This document shows, piece after piece, positions 1-9,661 of a DNA stretch of 26,524 nucleotides; position 1 is the stretch's first letter, and each line of letters starts with the position of its first letter. A program made the position numbers and the translations under genes. The stretch is from a virus. The stretch lies in the UHGV virus genome UHGV-1483427. One strand, written 5' to 3'. The notes under the pieces are model-generated. The model was not told the origin of the DNA, ran no database searches, and saw nothing but the letters and a program-made list of their open reading frames with translations.

Positions 1-55
1 ATAACGAGCCCCTCCTAAGGGCTAATTGCAGGTTCGATTCCTGCAGGGGACACCA
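1..55 (+). tRNA. argW: tRNA-Arg(CCU) 3' portion (argW-like), 5' part cut by the window start; contains the prophage attachment core
   Basis: Anticodon stem 7-11/19-23 (agccc/gggct) with loop ctCCTaa (anticodon CCT); T-stem 28-32/40-44 with loop ttcgatt; acceptor 3' strand, discriminator A and CCA ending at 55. Integrase gene follows on the same strand, as at argW-intS. Confidence 0.8.
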
Positions 56-216
56 TTTATCAGTTCGCTCCCATCCGTACCAGTCCGCAAAATCCCCAGA
101 ATATCAAGCCTCCCGGAAACTCACAGTTCGTCATGGTTCGCTTCAGATCGTTGACAGCCGCACTCCATGACGGGTAAAAAGTGGATAAAATAATTTTACC
201 CACCGGATTTTTACCC

Positions 217-1374
217 ATGCTCACCGTTAAGCAGATTGAAGCAGCAAAGCCGAAAGAAAAACCATACCGCCTTCTCGATGGTAATGGCCTGTACCTTTAT
301 GTCCCTGTATCCGGGAAAAAGGTATGGCAGCTTCGCTACAAGATTGACGGTAAGGAAAAAATACTGACCGTAGGAAAATATCCGCTTATGACTTTGCAGG
401 AGGCAAGGGATAAAGCATGGACTGCGAGGAAAGACATCTCGGTTGGCATCGATCCGGTAAAGGCGAAAAAGGCCTCGTCTAACAACAATTCCTTTAGTGC
501 GATTTACAAGGAATGGTACGAGCACAAGAAGCAAGTCTGGTCAGTAGGCTATGCAACTGAACTTGCCAAAATGTTTGATGACGACATTTTACCCATCATC
601 GGCGGTCTTGAGATTCTGGATATTGAGCCGATGCAACTGCTGGAAGTAATCCGCAGATTTGAAGATCGCGGTGCAATGGAGCGAGCCAACAAAGCCCGCA
701 GAAGATGCGGCGAGGTTTTCCGTTACGCTATTGTCACTGGTAGGGCTAAATATAACCCGGCACCTGACCTTGCTGACGCCATGAAGGGATACCGCAAGAA
801 GAACTTCCCGTTTCTTCCTGCAGACCAGATCCCGGCATTCAACAAAGCACTGGCAACATTTTCAGGAAGTATCGTATCGCTCATTGCCACCAAGGTTTTA
901 CGCTACACAGCCCTCAGAACAAAAGAGCTTCGTTCCATGCAATGGAAGAACGTCGATTTTGAAAACAGGATTATCACTATCGACGCCAATGTGATGAAGG
1001 GACGCAAAATTCATGTGGTCCCGATGTCAGACCAGGTGGTTGAACTTCTCACTACGCTAAGCTCCATCACCAAACCAGTATCAGAGTTTGTTTTTTCCGG
1101 GCGTAACGATAAGAAGAAGCCAATCTGCGAGAACGCGGTATTGCTTGTGATCAAACAAATCGGCTATGAAGGTCTGGAAAGCGGTCACGGATTCAGGCAT
1201 GAATTCAGCACGATTATGAACGAGCACGAATGGCCTGCTGATGCTATTGAAGTGCAACTGGCACATGCCAACGGCGGATCTGTGCGCGGGATTTACAACC
1301 ATGCTCAGTATCTCGATAAGCGCAGAGAAATGATGCAGTGGTGGGCGGACTGGCTTGATGGGAAGGCTGAGTAA
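217..1374 (+). CDS. int: Tyrosine recombinase / prophage integrase (IntS/CPS-53-like, P4-type family)
   Basis: 385-aa product from ATG 217 (the track ORF begins at an upstream GTG, 181). The MLTVKQIEAAKPKEK... N-terminus and C-terminal catalytic region (R..HGFRH..Y) match my recollection of argW-associated IntS. Sits immediately 3' of the tRNA. Confidence 0.9.
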   Translation: MLTVKQIEAAKPKEKPYRLLDGNGLYLYVPVSGKKVWQLRYKIDGKEKILTVGKYPLMTLQEARDKAWTARKDISVGIDPVKAKKASSNNNSFSAIYKEWYEHKKQVWSVGYATELAKMFDDDILPIIGGLEILDIEPMQLLEVIRRFEDRGAMERANKARRRCGEVFRYAIVTGRAKYNPAPDLADAMKGYRKKNFPFLPADQIPAFNKALATFSGSIVSLIATKVLRYTALRTKELRSMQWKNVDFENRIITIDANVMKGRKIHVVPMSDQVVELLTTLSSITKPVSEFVFSGRNDKKKPICENAVLLVIKQIGYEGLESGHGFRHEFSTIMNEHEWPADAIEVQLAHANGGSVRGIYNHAQYLDKRREMMQWWADWLDGKAE

Positions 1375-1690
1375 TTAATCTTTAATCAGAGGGTAACAAT
1401 GCATGGCTCAGTGAACTAAGCCAATCACTTGTGATCTCCAATTGTTAATCTTATTAGTTCTAGATACTGGATTTATGCCATGATGCTTGTAGATTAGAAA
1501 GCAGTAGACTATACAACACTGCGGTCAAATAATTATCAAGCATAATCACGGTATACACATTTTTTTGATAACGTAAGGATAGTGAGCCATCGATGCCATA
1601 TTCAATATTTATGCAATTTAAGCATGGTTTATATACACTAATTTTCTTAGTGCCCACAAAATCTTTGATTGTACAAAAAACACAGGGGTA

Positions 1691-2869
1691 ATGGAGATTT
1701 CTATGTTTGACGGATTTAATGGCTTTTTAATTGCTTCTTTATCGGTGATTACTTCACTTTCGGTTGCAAGAATATTTGTCACAGAAACACACTTATCACC
1801 TATCAAAGGAAGGAGTGAATCAATTGATGGGCTTAGAGGATTTCTTGCTTTAATGGTTTTCCTTCATCATTCCAGTTTCTGGTGGCAATACATACATACT
1901 GGGGTTTGGTCTGATCCTGATTCGTTATTTTATACTAATATTGGAAAAATAGCTGTTATTTTCTTTTTTATGATTACAGGCTTCTTGTTCTTCGGGAAAT
2001 TGATTTCGAATAAATCAGTAAATTGGGAAGATTTATTTTGGTCAAGAATAATGAGACTAACACCTATGTATCTGGTTTCGTTATCTCTACTATTCATAAT
2101 TGTGTTCTATGTTTCTGATTGGAAAATTAACACAGGAATTGCCAATCTCATAATATCTATGGCGAGATGGGTTCCTTTTTCTTTCCTTGGAATGCCTGAT
2201 GTTAACGGTCTTCACAAGACGTCGCTTATCATGGCCGGAGTTCCGTGGTCACTTGTTTATGAATGGTTTTTTTATTTATCTCTTCCTTTTATGGCTTTTA
2301 TAATGAGAAGAGACAAATTTAATACTTACACAATTCTTAGTATTGCGAGTGTATTTGCTTTTATTTTCTATCCATCATTAAAAATACATATTTTATCATT
2401 TGTTTTTGGTTATCTGGCAGCAAAAATAAATCACAAACTGCCTAACGGCTTGCCTTTCAATAAAATATTATCAAGCTTATTCGTCATCGTTATCTTATGT
2501 GTAACTTGTTTTTTAATTCCAAATCCTTACAATCCAATAACAATATCACTCTGTGGTATTGCATTTATTCTGATATCAAATGGATGCGATATTTTTGGAG
2601 TTCTTAAGATAAAAACCTGTCAAGTTTTTGGAGAAGCTACATATAGCATGTATCTTCTACATGGCATTATACTTTTTATAACATTTAAAATAATACTTCC
2701 GGTTAGCCATGTTAATCAAATTAACAGCCTTGTATTTTCAGCTATTATTATAATCCTCTCTGGGTTTATCACGCTTATATCATTGCTATGTTTTAGATAT
2801 ATTGAGACACCGTGTAGTAAGTTTAAAAAATTTAATGTACTAACATACACAAGAAGAAAACTTCAGTAA
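1691..2869 (+). CDS. oac: Integral-membrane acyltransferase family 3 protein (Oac-like O-antigen acetyltransferase, serotype-conversion candidate)
   Basis: 392 aa, strongly hydrophobic multi-TM protein with an N-terminal DGLRGFLALMVFLHH motif typical of acyltransferase_3. RBS agggg upstream of ATG 1691. Markedly AT-rich relative to neighbours. Positioned between int and tailspike as oac/gtr genes are in Sf6/CPS-53-type prophages. Confidence 0.8.
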   Translation: MEISMFDGFNGFLIASLSVITSLSVARIFVTETHLSPIKGRSESIDGLRGFLALMVFLHHSSFWWQYIHTGVWSDPDSLFYTNIGKIAVIFFFMITGFLFFGKLISNKSVNWEDLFWSRIMRLTPMYLVSLSLLFIIVFYVSDWKINTGIANLIISMARWVPFSFLGMPDVNGLHKTSLIMAGVPWSLVYEWFFYLSLPFMAFIMRRDKFNTYTILSIASVFAFIFYPSLKIHILSFVFGYLAAKINHKLPNGLPFNKILSSLFVIVILCVTCFLIPNPYNPITISLCGIAFILISNGCDIFGVLKIKTCQVFGEATYSMYLLHGIILFITFKIILPVSHVNQINSLVFSAIIIILSGFITLISLLCFRYIETPCSKFKKFNVLTYTRRKLQ

Positions 2870-2902
2870 AACCACCTCACAAATGAGATGGTTGTTGGTA
2901 AT

Positions 2903-2929
2903 AAAAAGGCGGGCGTGGACTCGCCTTTT
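2903..2929. terminator. Bidirectional intrinsic terminator between convergent oac and tailspike
   Basis: aaaaggcg / cgcctttt stem with a 10-nt loop, A/T-run on both sides; overlaps the tailspike stop codon. Confidence 0.5.
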
Positions 2930-5265
2930 CAGATTGGATAATTACTTACTCTAACATCAGCAAAACTAGTTGTTCCTGTCAAGGAAATATCCATGCGTTC
3001 ATCACAAGCAGGAGCAAGAAAAACCTCTACAGCTACACATTCTGATCTTTTAACATGATATATTGCCTGACGCTCAAGCCACGAATTATCAGATAATAAT
3101 TTTATTGCAGTATTAGATAACGAATTACCTGTAGAATCCAATTCGCGAAAAATGACCGCCGATGATATTGATGTTTCTGATAACGTCCATAGTCTTACAT
3201 AGACAGCGCTTCGTTGAGCTACTCGAAGTGTTGCCACTAATAAACTCTGTACTGATGCGGTATTCTTATCGTTAAGAGTGAATGCATAAGGCGTACCTAC
3301 AGGCTTTGTAGTTGCATCTGTTTTCTCTGGCGCAATAGATATAACAGACTGAAAAAATCTATCCTGATTAGCTAGAATATGACCAGCTATGGAACGCATC
3401 GGTAGAGGGTTAGTACTATGGACAGCATCACTTCTTCCAACACGAAAACCACCTCCTGTATTCTGGCTATTGGCAGTGATAAATACGTCTTGGTTATTGT
3501 CTACAAGCACTTCACCTGAACACGAACTAGTTATGATCTTACCTACAGAGTTAAATCTTGGTTTTATCTCTTGATTGTCAATTCCGCTAATTAGTCCAGG
3601 CACAAATTCGAATGATACACCAACACCGTTACAGCTAACAGCCGTGATATCTTCAACGTTGATGTCATACCCATTGACAATGCGTACCGCATTATTGTTT
3701 ACCCTTTCGACATAGACATTTTTAATTCGAATGTGCTGTGATTGGAAGTCTGTAGACTCAGAAGGATACGAGTAATTAGTCACGAATATACCAGCCAAGC
3801 CAGCCACACTGGTTGCTGCAGCAACATACTTTCCACCAAGAACATCAATATTCTCTCCTTGAATTTCAAGAAAATTTTTAGTTGCTTTTGATTTTCCTGT
3901 TTGAATTCCGATATTGCCAGCAAGGAATACACCACGGCGTGAACCATCCGTAGAGTGATGGCAATCGTTCATGTCGAATGTTTGGCATGCATCGATAACC
4001 CAATTTTCGCAACCTCTCTTAAAGTCATTCAATGTACGATGGCCGAAAGCAGTGTTGCCGAAACTGAAGATGTTTTTAATGGTATATGTACCGTATTCGC
4101 CAGGTGAATCAATAGAGCCATTCATACACTTAAATGCATTGAATCCAACAGCGGTAAGCATTGGGTCTGTTCCCTCTGATGAACAATACAAATAATTAAT
4201 ACCATCAATCATTCCACCATTAGTTGTGTATCCTTCCCATGCTTCATGTGGGCAGTTTTTGAAATGACATCTTAAAGCAGTAATATTGCGACCAATGGCA
4301 CCGTTATTGAAATGCCAGCAGAATGCGCGAATAATCTTCTGCGGCGCAATGTTATTTATTTCGTAACCGTCTTGGTATTGTCCATCAAAACAAATATCCT
4401 GCAGCATCGCAAAATATAGATCCTTGTCAGGGTTCTTACGGATGAACCAAGAGTAATAGCCAAAGCCATTATTCTCAACGTCTTGCTTTGTTAGTGAGAT
4501 TGGTCTGATAGTAGTACTTGACTTCCCTGCACCAATCCAATGAAACCAGTCGCCAATTTGCACACTACCACTAAACGAGATCACATCTATACCTCTAAAA
4601 TCTAGAGGAACCCTTTTATATTCTGATAATATTTGTAATTTATTTATTACCGATGCGCAGTCAACTCCGCTATGAATGTAGCGACTGCACATGATCGCAT
4701 CATTGAAATTAGAACCATCCATGACGCATAACCATTGACTATTAAGATTTGGATTTTCTGTTGGCGCTACAGTTTTCGGAAGGGAACCAAGCCATTGGTA
4801 ATAAAGTCCATCAGTGTATTTAAGGACCTGTTTTCTATTGGTAATAGTATATCCAGACGCAAAATCGCCATCAATTATTCGACTGTATTCTGATATTTCG
4901 AAATTTCCCTTTGCCCACAAGGAAAACTGATCAGGATCATACTTCAGAACATTCGGAAAATAGAACTGCTGCGCTCCATATGCATCATAAACAGCCATCG
5001 AATGACCTTGCACAGTTACAAACTTGGCAATCTGCCCGTTATATACAGGATATCCAGCAGCGTTAATGATGATTGGTTGCGATACAGGAACATGAGAGCC
5101 GTCTTCGTTCTCCACATAAACCTGGATCTGGTTTTCAGTATTTACCGGATCAGTGTCAATTTTTCCGATATAAATCTTTCCATTAGCTACGGCTTTAAAA
5201 GAACGAGCCATAGTGAAGAGTTGCGAAGGCATGCTTACCACAACATTTGCGGTGATATCTGACAT
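2929..5265 (-). CDS. Tailspike protein: P22-gp9-like head-binding N-terminal domain fused to a divergent receptor-binding/depolymerase domain
   Basis: N-terminus [42 protein letters not shown]...VLKYDPDQ matches my recollection of the P22 gp9 head-binding domain; remaining ~660 aa is Gly/Asn/Ser-rich (beta-helix-like composition) and AT-rich. Start set at ATG 5265 (RBS ggag 8 nt upstream) rather than track start 5313. Confidence 0.85.
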   Translation of the reverse strand: MSDITANVVVSMPSQLFTMARSFKAVANGKIYIGKIDTDPVNTENQIQVYVENEDGSHVPVSQPIIINAAGYPVYNGQIAKFVTVQGHSMAVYDAYGAQQFYFPNVLKYDPDQFSLWAKGNFEISEYSRIIDGDFASGYTITNRKQVLKYTDGLYYQWLGSLPKTVAPTENPNLNSQWLCVMDGSNFNDAIMCSRYIHSGVDCASVINKLQILSEYKRVPLDFRGIDVISFSGSVQIGDWFHWIGAGKSSTTIRPISLTKQDVENNGFGYYSWFIRKNPDKDLYFAMLQDICFDGQYQDGYEINNIAPQKIIRAFCWHFNNGAIGRNITALRCHFKNCPHEAWEGYTTNGGMIDGINYLYCSSEGTDPMLTAVGFNAFKCMNGSIDSPGEYGTYTIKNIFSFGNTAFGHRTLNDFKRGCENWVIDACQTFDMNDCHHSTDGSRRGVFLAGNIGIQTGKSKATKNFLEIQGENIDVLGGKYVAAATSVAGLAGIFVTNYSYPSESTDFQSQHIRIKNVYVERVNNNAVRIVNGYDINVEDITAVSCNGVGVSFEFVPGLISGIDNQEIKPRFNSVGKIITSSCSGEVLVDNNQDVFITANSQNTGGGFRVGRSDAVHSTNPLPMRSIAGHILANQDRFFQSVISIAPEKTDATTKPVGTPYAFTLNDKNTASVQSLLVATLRVAQRSAVYVRLWTLSETSISSAVIFRELDSTGNSLSNTAIKLLSDNSWLERQAIYHVKRSECVAVEVFLAPACDERMDISLTGTTSFADVRVSNYPI

Positions 5266-5386
5266 TTCATTACTCCAGACGAATGATATGATGCAACCAT
5301 GATGTGATTGCATACCGAAATGGTACTATTGAGTATTTATCCAGTAGGTTACGATGCCATTCCACCCAACTGGTGAGGCATCAAGG

Positions 5387-5653
5387 ATGTACAGCAAATA
5401 CGACGAGGCGCAGTTTCACTTGAGACTTCCGCATGAACTCCACGCGAAAATTAAGCAGCGTGCGAAGATGAATAACAGATCGCTGAACTCAGAGATAATT
5501 GCAGCGATTGAAGAATCGTTGACTAAACAAAGCTCTGCATCCGTTTACATTGACGATGCAGAGCGTATGGCAGAACAACAATCTGATATGGTTAAGAAAA
5601 TGGTTTTTGAAACGCTTAAGACCATGTATAGCAATAATAAAAAGGAAACATAG
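5387..5653 (+). CDS. mnt: Mnt-like ribbon-helix-helix repressor (Arc/Mnt family)
   Basis: 88 aa from ATG 5387. The NNRSLNSEIIAAIEESL (RHH) and DDAERMAEQQSDMVKKMVFETLK (C-terminal coiled coil) segments match my recollection of P22 Mnt. Divergent from tailspike, as mnt is from arc-ant-9 in P22 immI. Confidence 0.8.
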   Translation: MYSKYDEAQFHLRLPHELHAKIKQRAKMNNRSLNSEIIAAIEESLTKQSSASVYIDDAERMAEQQSDMVKKMVFETLKTMYSNNKKET

Positions 5654-5723
5654 AAATCTAGTTTCCGGATAAAATGGCATTGCCTTCATGATATCCTGTG
5701 AAAAACTAAGGAGAGTTAACCAT

Positions 5724-6209
5724 ATGAAAAAATCACTGTTAATTATCCCGCTTCTGCTGGTTGGATGCGCAAAAGTAAGTGACTATCAAGCAAGTTGCGA
5801 ACAACGCTATCAAAAGCTTAGCGATATGGCTAATTGCCTTGATGCCAGTGTGAAGAACGACTCACGCATGGCATCAGCACCAACACCTAAGCTGTATGTC
5901 CTTGCTGCAAAGATGCTCGGGCAAGGTGTCGATGAAGGCAAGATAAGTGACGCACAGGCAAGACTTGAGCTTCAGAATCTTTATGTTCAATTACAAAGCC
6001 AAGAACAAGCCCAACAAATAGCACAAAGCCAAGCATTCCAGCAGGCTTTATTGAATTATCAGGCTGTAAACACAATGCAAGCGATCGAGCAAAAAGCGCG
6101 CCAGCCTGTTATAACTCAACCTTACCCAACACGCGTTGACACATATACAAACTGCAATTCAGGGTTTGGAAATACAGTCACATGCAACAGTAGCAGTAAC
6201 ATAAGATAA
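5724..6209 (+). CDS. Predicted lipoprotein, Gln-rich, unknown function (candidate superinfection-exclusion moron)
   Basis: RBS aaggaga 10 nt upstream of ATG 5724. Signal peptide MKKSLLIIPLLLVGC with lipobox LVG|C; Q-rich central region; Cys-containing C-terminus. Occupies the sieA-equivalent position between ejection genes and mnt. Confidence 0.7.
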   Translation: MKKSLLIIPLLLVGCAKVSDYQASCEQRYQKLSDMANCLDASVKNDSRMASAPTPKLYVLAAKMLGQGVDEGKISDAQARLELQNLYVQLQSQEQAQQIAQSQAFQQALLNYQAVNTMQAIEQKARQPVITQPYPTRVDTYTNCNSGFGNTVTCNSSSNIR

Positions 6210-6299
6210 CAATCAGCAAAGGTATCGCCTATGCAGAGTGGTACGATAAACCTCGCGTTCTACATATTTGGTTTTTGCACGTTCCTGGTGTTTGAAAAG

Positions 6300-8297
6300 C
6301 TATTCTGACAACGCATCAGACTTAGCCCCCTGCGTCAGAGCGTTAATTGCCTTTTGTGCCTGCTGCATTGCTTTCTCAAAGGCTGTTGATCCGCGTGGGG
6401 TGTTTGCCATTCGGAGCATTGCATTTCTGAATGGTTCGCTCTCATAGGCGCGAGTAAGAAGTCCGTAGCTTACCGCTGCGCCAGTTGTCGCCGGGTTCAT
6501 TGCCGTCCCATACCCGATAATGAACGGGATGGTTTGCTGCCCTGTTGGTGTTGTTACTGCCGCTTTTGCAGCCTGCTGCGTGGATTGCAGGTAGTTTTTC
6601 AATCCTTTCAGATAAGCAGCGTCCTGCCCCTTAAATGTGATGCCAGTCTGGTTTTGCAGGATGTTAAGCTGTCGAAGGAACTGATCAGGGGAACCACCTG
6701 ATTTCTCCATCGCCTTTCCAATGATGCCATTGCGCATTTGCGCCCTGCCAACACGACCAACTGAGTTATACAGCGTCTTAATTTCCGATTTGTTCTTGCT
6801 GAATAGCATGTTGTTGACAACTTCCGGCGTCAGGTCGCCTTTCATGAGAACATTCTTCAGCCTGGTATTCTTTAGTTTCGCCGCTTCGTCAGCGTAGACG
6901 GCATTGGCCTGCTGATATTTACGGAGAGTATCGTTGCCAAGATTCTGACCAATGGCACCATTGATATCATCGGTCATCGCCTTGTAAACGCGCTGAATGG
7001 CAGCATCGGAACGGTTTGGTAACACTGGTCGCTCACCCTTCACGTCCATTCTGAACTGGCTGCGCAGATCGCTTAATTGCTTCAAATCCAGATTTACCGG
7101 ACCATCAGGACCAGCATTGCGAACAAGCTCATCACGATAGGACTGAAGTTTTGAAATAGTCTCGTTATCAGCAACCTTACCAAGCTTCTGCAGGTTAGAT
7201 ATTTCTGTATCAATCTGCTGAATTGCTCTTGCAGGCTGAATGTTTATTCCCGCCATAGCATTCTGAACCTGCTCCAGTCGATTTCCTGCAGCGCGACGAA
7301 TTCCTGATTTTTTCGCTTTAAGGCTGTCAATAACAACTGCCGGATCGTACTCGCCGAATTTATCAGCAAATCTCTGCACCAACTGGCTTCTCGCTTCCTG
7401 TTGCGTTGCTCTCATTCCACTTGTGCCAGCCAGAGGGATATTTTCTGCTGTAGTCTGCGCCATTTTTCCGACGCGGGAAGTTGGTTGTAACAGGTCTGTG
7501 GTGTGCAGAGGAACTCCTTCACGCTCTGAAAATCTGATAGCCTGTTGCGCTTCTGGTGCTATCGAACCACGAACACCACGATAAGCAGCACCTAATCCAC
7601 GTCCGGCAGCGTTAATAGCACCGCCAGCCAGCACACTAACGCCTAAATCGGTGGCGAGTGCTTCCGCATCATCTTTCGCACTGTTTGCAGCAAGTGATCC
7701 AACTGCGTTTTCTGCGAGAAGTCGTGTTGCCCCATGAGCAATTCGACCAGCAAGTGTTGGTGCCTGTGTTGCCGCTCTCTCAACGCCAGCAGGAGTGAGG
7801 TAAGGCAATGCTTCAGCAAATACCCTTCCCTCTGTCGTTTGTGGAGTCAACGCGCCTTGCTGAAGGCCAAAGTCCTGCTCTAATCCCTGCGTTGTTACTC
7901 GTGGCGCTGGTTGATATCTACCATCGCCAATGCCGAGTTTACCGCCAGCCCAAGCCGCCGCGCTTGTTACAGCATCTGCAACTGATGCAGGTATGTTTGC
8001 CACGTTCACGCCAGCCTGCACCAGTCCGCGACCAGTCTCTTTCACTGCTTCACCAAGATCAGACATAAATCCACTTTGCTGTGGTTGTTGCTGTGCTACT
8101 GGTTGCTGTGTATCCACTGGCTGCACAGATGGCAATGGATAGGCAGCATAGAAAGCTTGCTTAGCCTGCTCTGCATTTTCTCCGGCTTGCGGGGCCACGA
8201 CTTCATTGAAGTATTGCTCCTGAGCCTGCGCTTTTTGTTCTGGTGCTAACGCCTGATACTGTGGAGAGGCGATAACATCTTTCCATGCTTTAGCCAT
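6300..8297 (-). CDS. DNA ejection/injection protein (P22 gp16-like position)
   Basis: 665 aa, Ala/Gln/Gly-rich. Third of three consecutive ejection-protein-sized ORFs (230/451/665 aa) in P22/Sf6 order gp7-gp20-gp16. Start overlaps the upstream stop. Confidence 0.7.
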   Translation of the reverse strand: MAKAWKDVIASPQYQALAPEQKAQAQEQYFNEVVAPQAGENAEQAKQAFYAAYPLPSVQPVDTQQPVAQQQPQQSGFMSDLGEAVKETGRGLVQAGVNVANIPASVADAVTSAAAWAGGKLGIGDGRYQPAPRVTTQGLEQDFGLQQGALTPQTTEGRVFAEALPYLTPAGVERAATQAPTLAGRIAHGATRLLAENAVGSLAANSAKDDAEALATDLGVSVLAGGAINAAGRGLGAAYRGVRGSIAPEAQQAIRFSEREGVPLHTTDLLQPTSRVGKMAQTTAENIPLAGTSGMRATQQEARSQLVQRFADKFGEYDPAVVIDSLKAKKSGIRRAAGNRLEQVQNAMAGINIQPARAIQQIDTEISNLQKLGKVADNETISKLQSYRDELVRNAGPDGPVNLDLKQLSDLRSQFRMDVKGERPVLPNRSDAAIQRVYKAMTDDINGAIGQNLGNDTLRKYQQANAVYADEAAKLKNTRLKNVLMKGDLTPEVVNNMLFSKNKSEIKTLYNSVGRVGRAQMRNGIIGKAMEKSGGSPDQFLRQLNILQNQTGITFKGQDAAYLKGLKNYLQSTQQAAKAAVTTPTGQQTIPFIIGYGTAMNPATTGAAVSYGLLTRAYESEPFRNAMLRMANTPRGSTAFEKAMQQAQKAINALTQGAKSDALSE

Positions 8298-9652
8298 TAA
8301 TCACCCCATAGTGAAGAAAAGTTACTGCTGGCTGCTGGCTGTGATACCTGTGCAGGTTGAGATTGATGCCGCTGAGATTTACCAACATTAACGTTATATT
8401 GTTGGTTGTAATTGTTGGTGTATTCCTGAATCTCACGAATCGACTGTTGCATAGCCTCCGGGCTTGAATAGTCAACCTGCGGCATCCCCTGAAAATACAT
8501 CTTCGCTTCTGCAACAGTGTTAATACCACTGGCACCCATGTCCCTTGCTGCCGCCACACCCTGATTCTGCATTCTGCCCTGAATCCGTTGTGCTGAGTTA
8601 TATAACTGGCGCTGCTCTTTTCTTGTTAATCGGCTGCGAACATCAGCACCAATTGCTGGATTACCTGCACCGCCTGTCATTCCTGTCATGAAATCGAGAG
8701 CAGAAGCGTCTGCATTTGCGATCGCGTCGATATCCTTCTTCATGGCATAGTTTTGTGCTGATGCAGACGATGTTGCAGGCGCTGCGATTGAACTGGCAGG
8801 AACGCGAACCATATTCCCCTCGTTGTCGATGCCTTCGTAGAACGCATTAGCCCCAGCGCCATGAAGCTTCCCGCCGACAGTTACAGTTCTGCCATCTGAT
8901 AACTGAACTGTACGCTCATCATTCCCAGCAGTTCCTCTTGTTGACGATCGCTGCATTGCCAAATCCTGACCGCGCATCGTGATGTTCTGACCACGCGCTG
9001 TTAGTGCTTCTCCGGCCTGATTGCTGCGGATTGTCTCTGCCAGCCTGCCTCGGTCAATCTCACGACCAGCCATCTTGTCCTGAACATTAAAGTAGTCAAT
9101 CGGACCGAGAGCAGCCATCCCAAGGTGATCAACAAACTCACCAAATCCTGAAGGATTCTGCTGATACATCTGAGCAACGCTGTTAGGGTCAACACCGACG
9201 CGAGTCAGTTCCTTGGCGTTGTTTTGCAGCCATGATTGCATTGCTTCTGGAGACGATGACGCAAGGCGTGCGCCAGCCGCTAAGGTGCCGATAGAATTAC
9301 GCTGGTCTTCATCAATGAATCCCATGCCTTTACGAACGGATTCAATCTGGTCTGGATATTCAGTAGCTAACTGACGCAAAGCACCGCGATCACCAGACGC
9401 ATAAGCATTAGCGTATGCCTGCTGAAATTCTTTCTGCCGCTGAGCCTGCTTTTCCTGCTGAAACACCCCCGCAATACCTGAAAGGCCTTGCAAAGCAGTC
9501 AGCCCAACATTGTTAGCGCCTGAACGCTCAATATCATTGTTCTGCCTGATAAGCTGAAGCGTATTGCCGATGTCATTTACGTTCGGAGCGTTTGAGTTGA
9601 CACCACCGATACCAGCCAACAATCCGCCATTTGTTCCTTGCCAAGTAGCCAT
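8297..9652 (-). CDS. DNA ejection/injection protein (P22 gp20-like position)
   Basis: 451 aa, Gly/Ala/Gln-rich. Sits between the gp7-like and gp16-like ORFs in the same strand block. Confidence 0.7.
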   Translation of the reverse strand: MATWQGTNGGLLAGIGGVNSNAPNVNDIGNTLQLIRQNNDIERSGANNVGLTALQGLSGIAGVFQQEKQAQRQKEFQQAYANAYASGDRGALRQLATEYPDQIESVRKGMGFIDEDQRNSIGTLAAGARLASSSPEAMQSWLQNNAKELTRVGVDPNSVAQMYQQNPSGFGEFVDHLGMAALGPIDYFNVQDKMAGREIDRGRLAETIRSNQAGEALTARGQNITMRGQDLAMQRSSTRGTAGNDERTVQLSDGRTVTVGGKLHGAGANAFYEGIDNEGNMVRVPASSIAAPATSSASAQNYAMKKDIDAIANADASALDFMTGMTGGAGNPAIGADVRSRLTRKEQRQLYNSAQRIQGRMQNQGVAAARDMGASGINTVAEAKMYFQGMPQVDYSSPEAMQQSIREIQEYTNNYNQQYNVNVGKSQRHQSQPAQVSQPAASSNFSSLWGD

Positions 9653-9661
9653 GATTACCCC

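Noticed and set aside
181-216. Upstream extension of the integrase ORF (track start 181)
   Set aside because: Position 181 is a GTG. The ATG at 217 gives the 385-aa N-terminus MLTVKQ... matching IntS as I recall it, so the extension is probably untranslated.
1460-1806. Two minus-strand ORFs (65 and 62 aa) in the int-oac intergenic region
   Set aside because: They lie in an AT-rich promoter region, overlap each other and the oac start, and have low-complexity hydrophobic translations without RBS; likely chance ORFs in AT-rich DNA.
5266-5313. N-terminal extension of the tailspike ORF ([16 protein letters not shown]...)
   Set aside because: The conserved P22-type N-terminus begins at MSDITANVV (ATG 5265) with a good GGAG RBS; the extension has neither conservation nor an RBS.
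5266-5386. Candidate Mnt operator palindromes (atgcaa-N11-ttgcat; cacc-N5-ggtg)
   Set aside because: Short and imperfect, and they do not match the P22 Omnt pattern as I recall it; insufficient to annotate as an operator.
7808-8142. Plus-strand ORFs (86 and 70 aa) inside the gp16-like ejection gene
   Set aside because: Fully antisense to a long, well-supported CDS; Cys/Pro/Ala-rich translations typical of GC-rich antisense frames.
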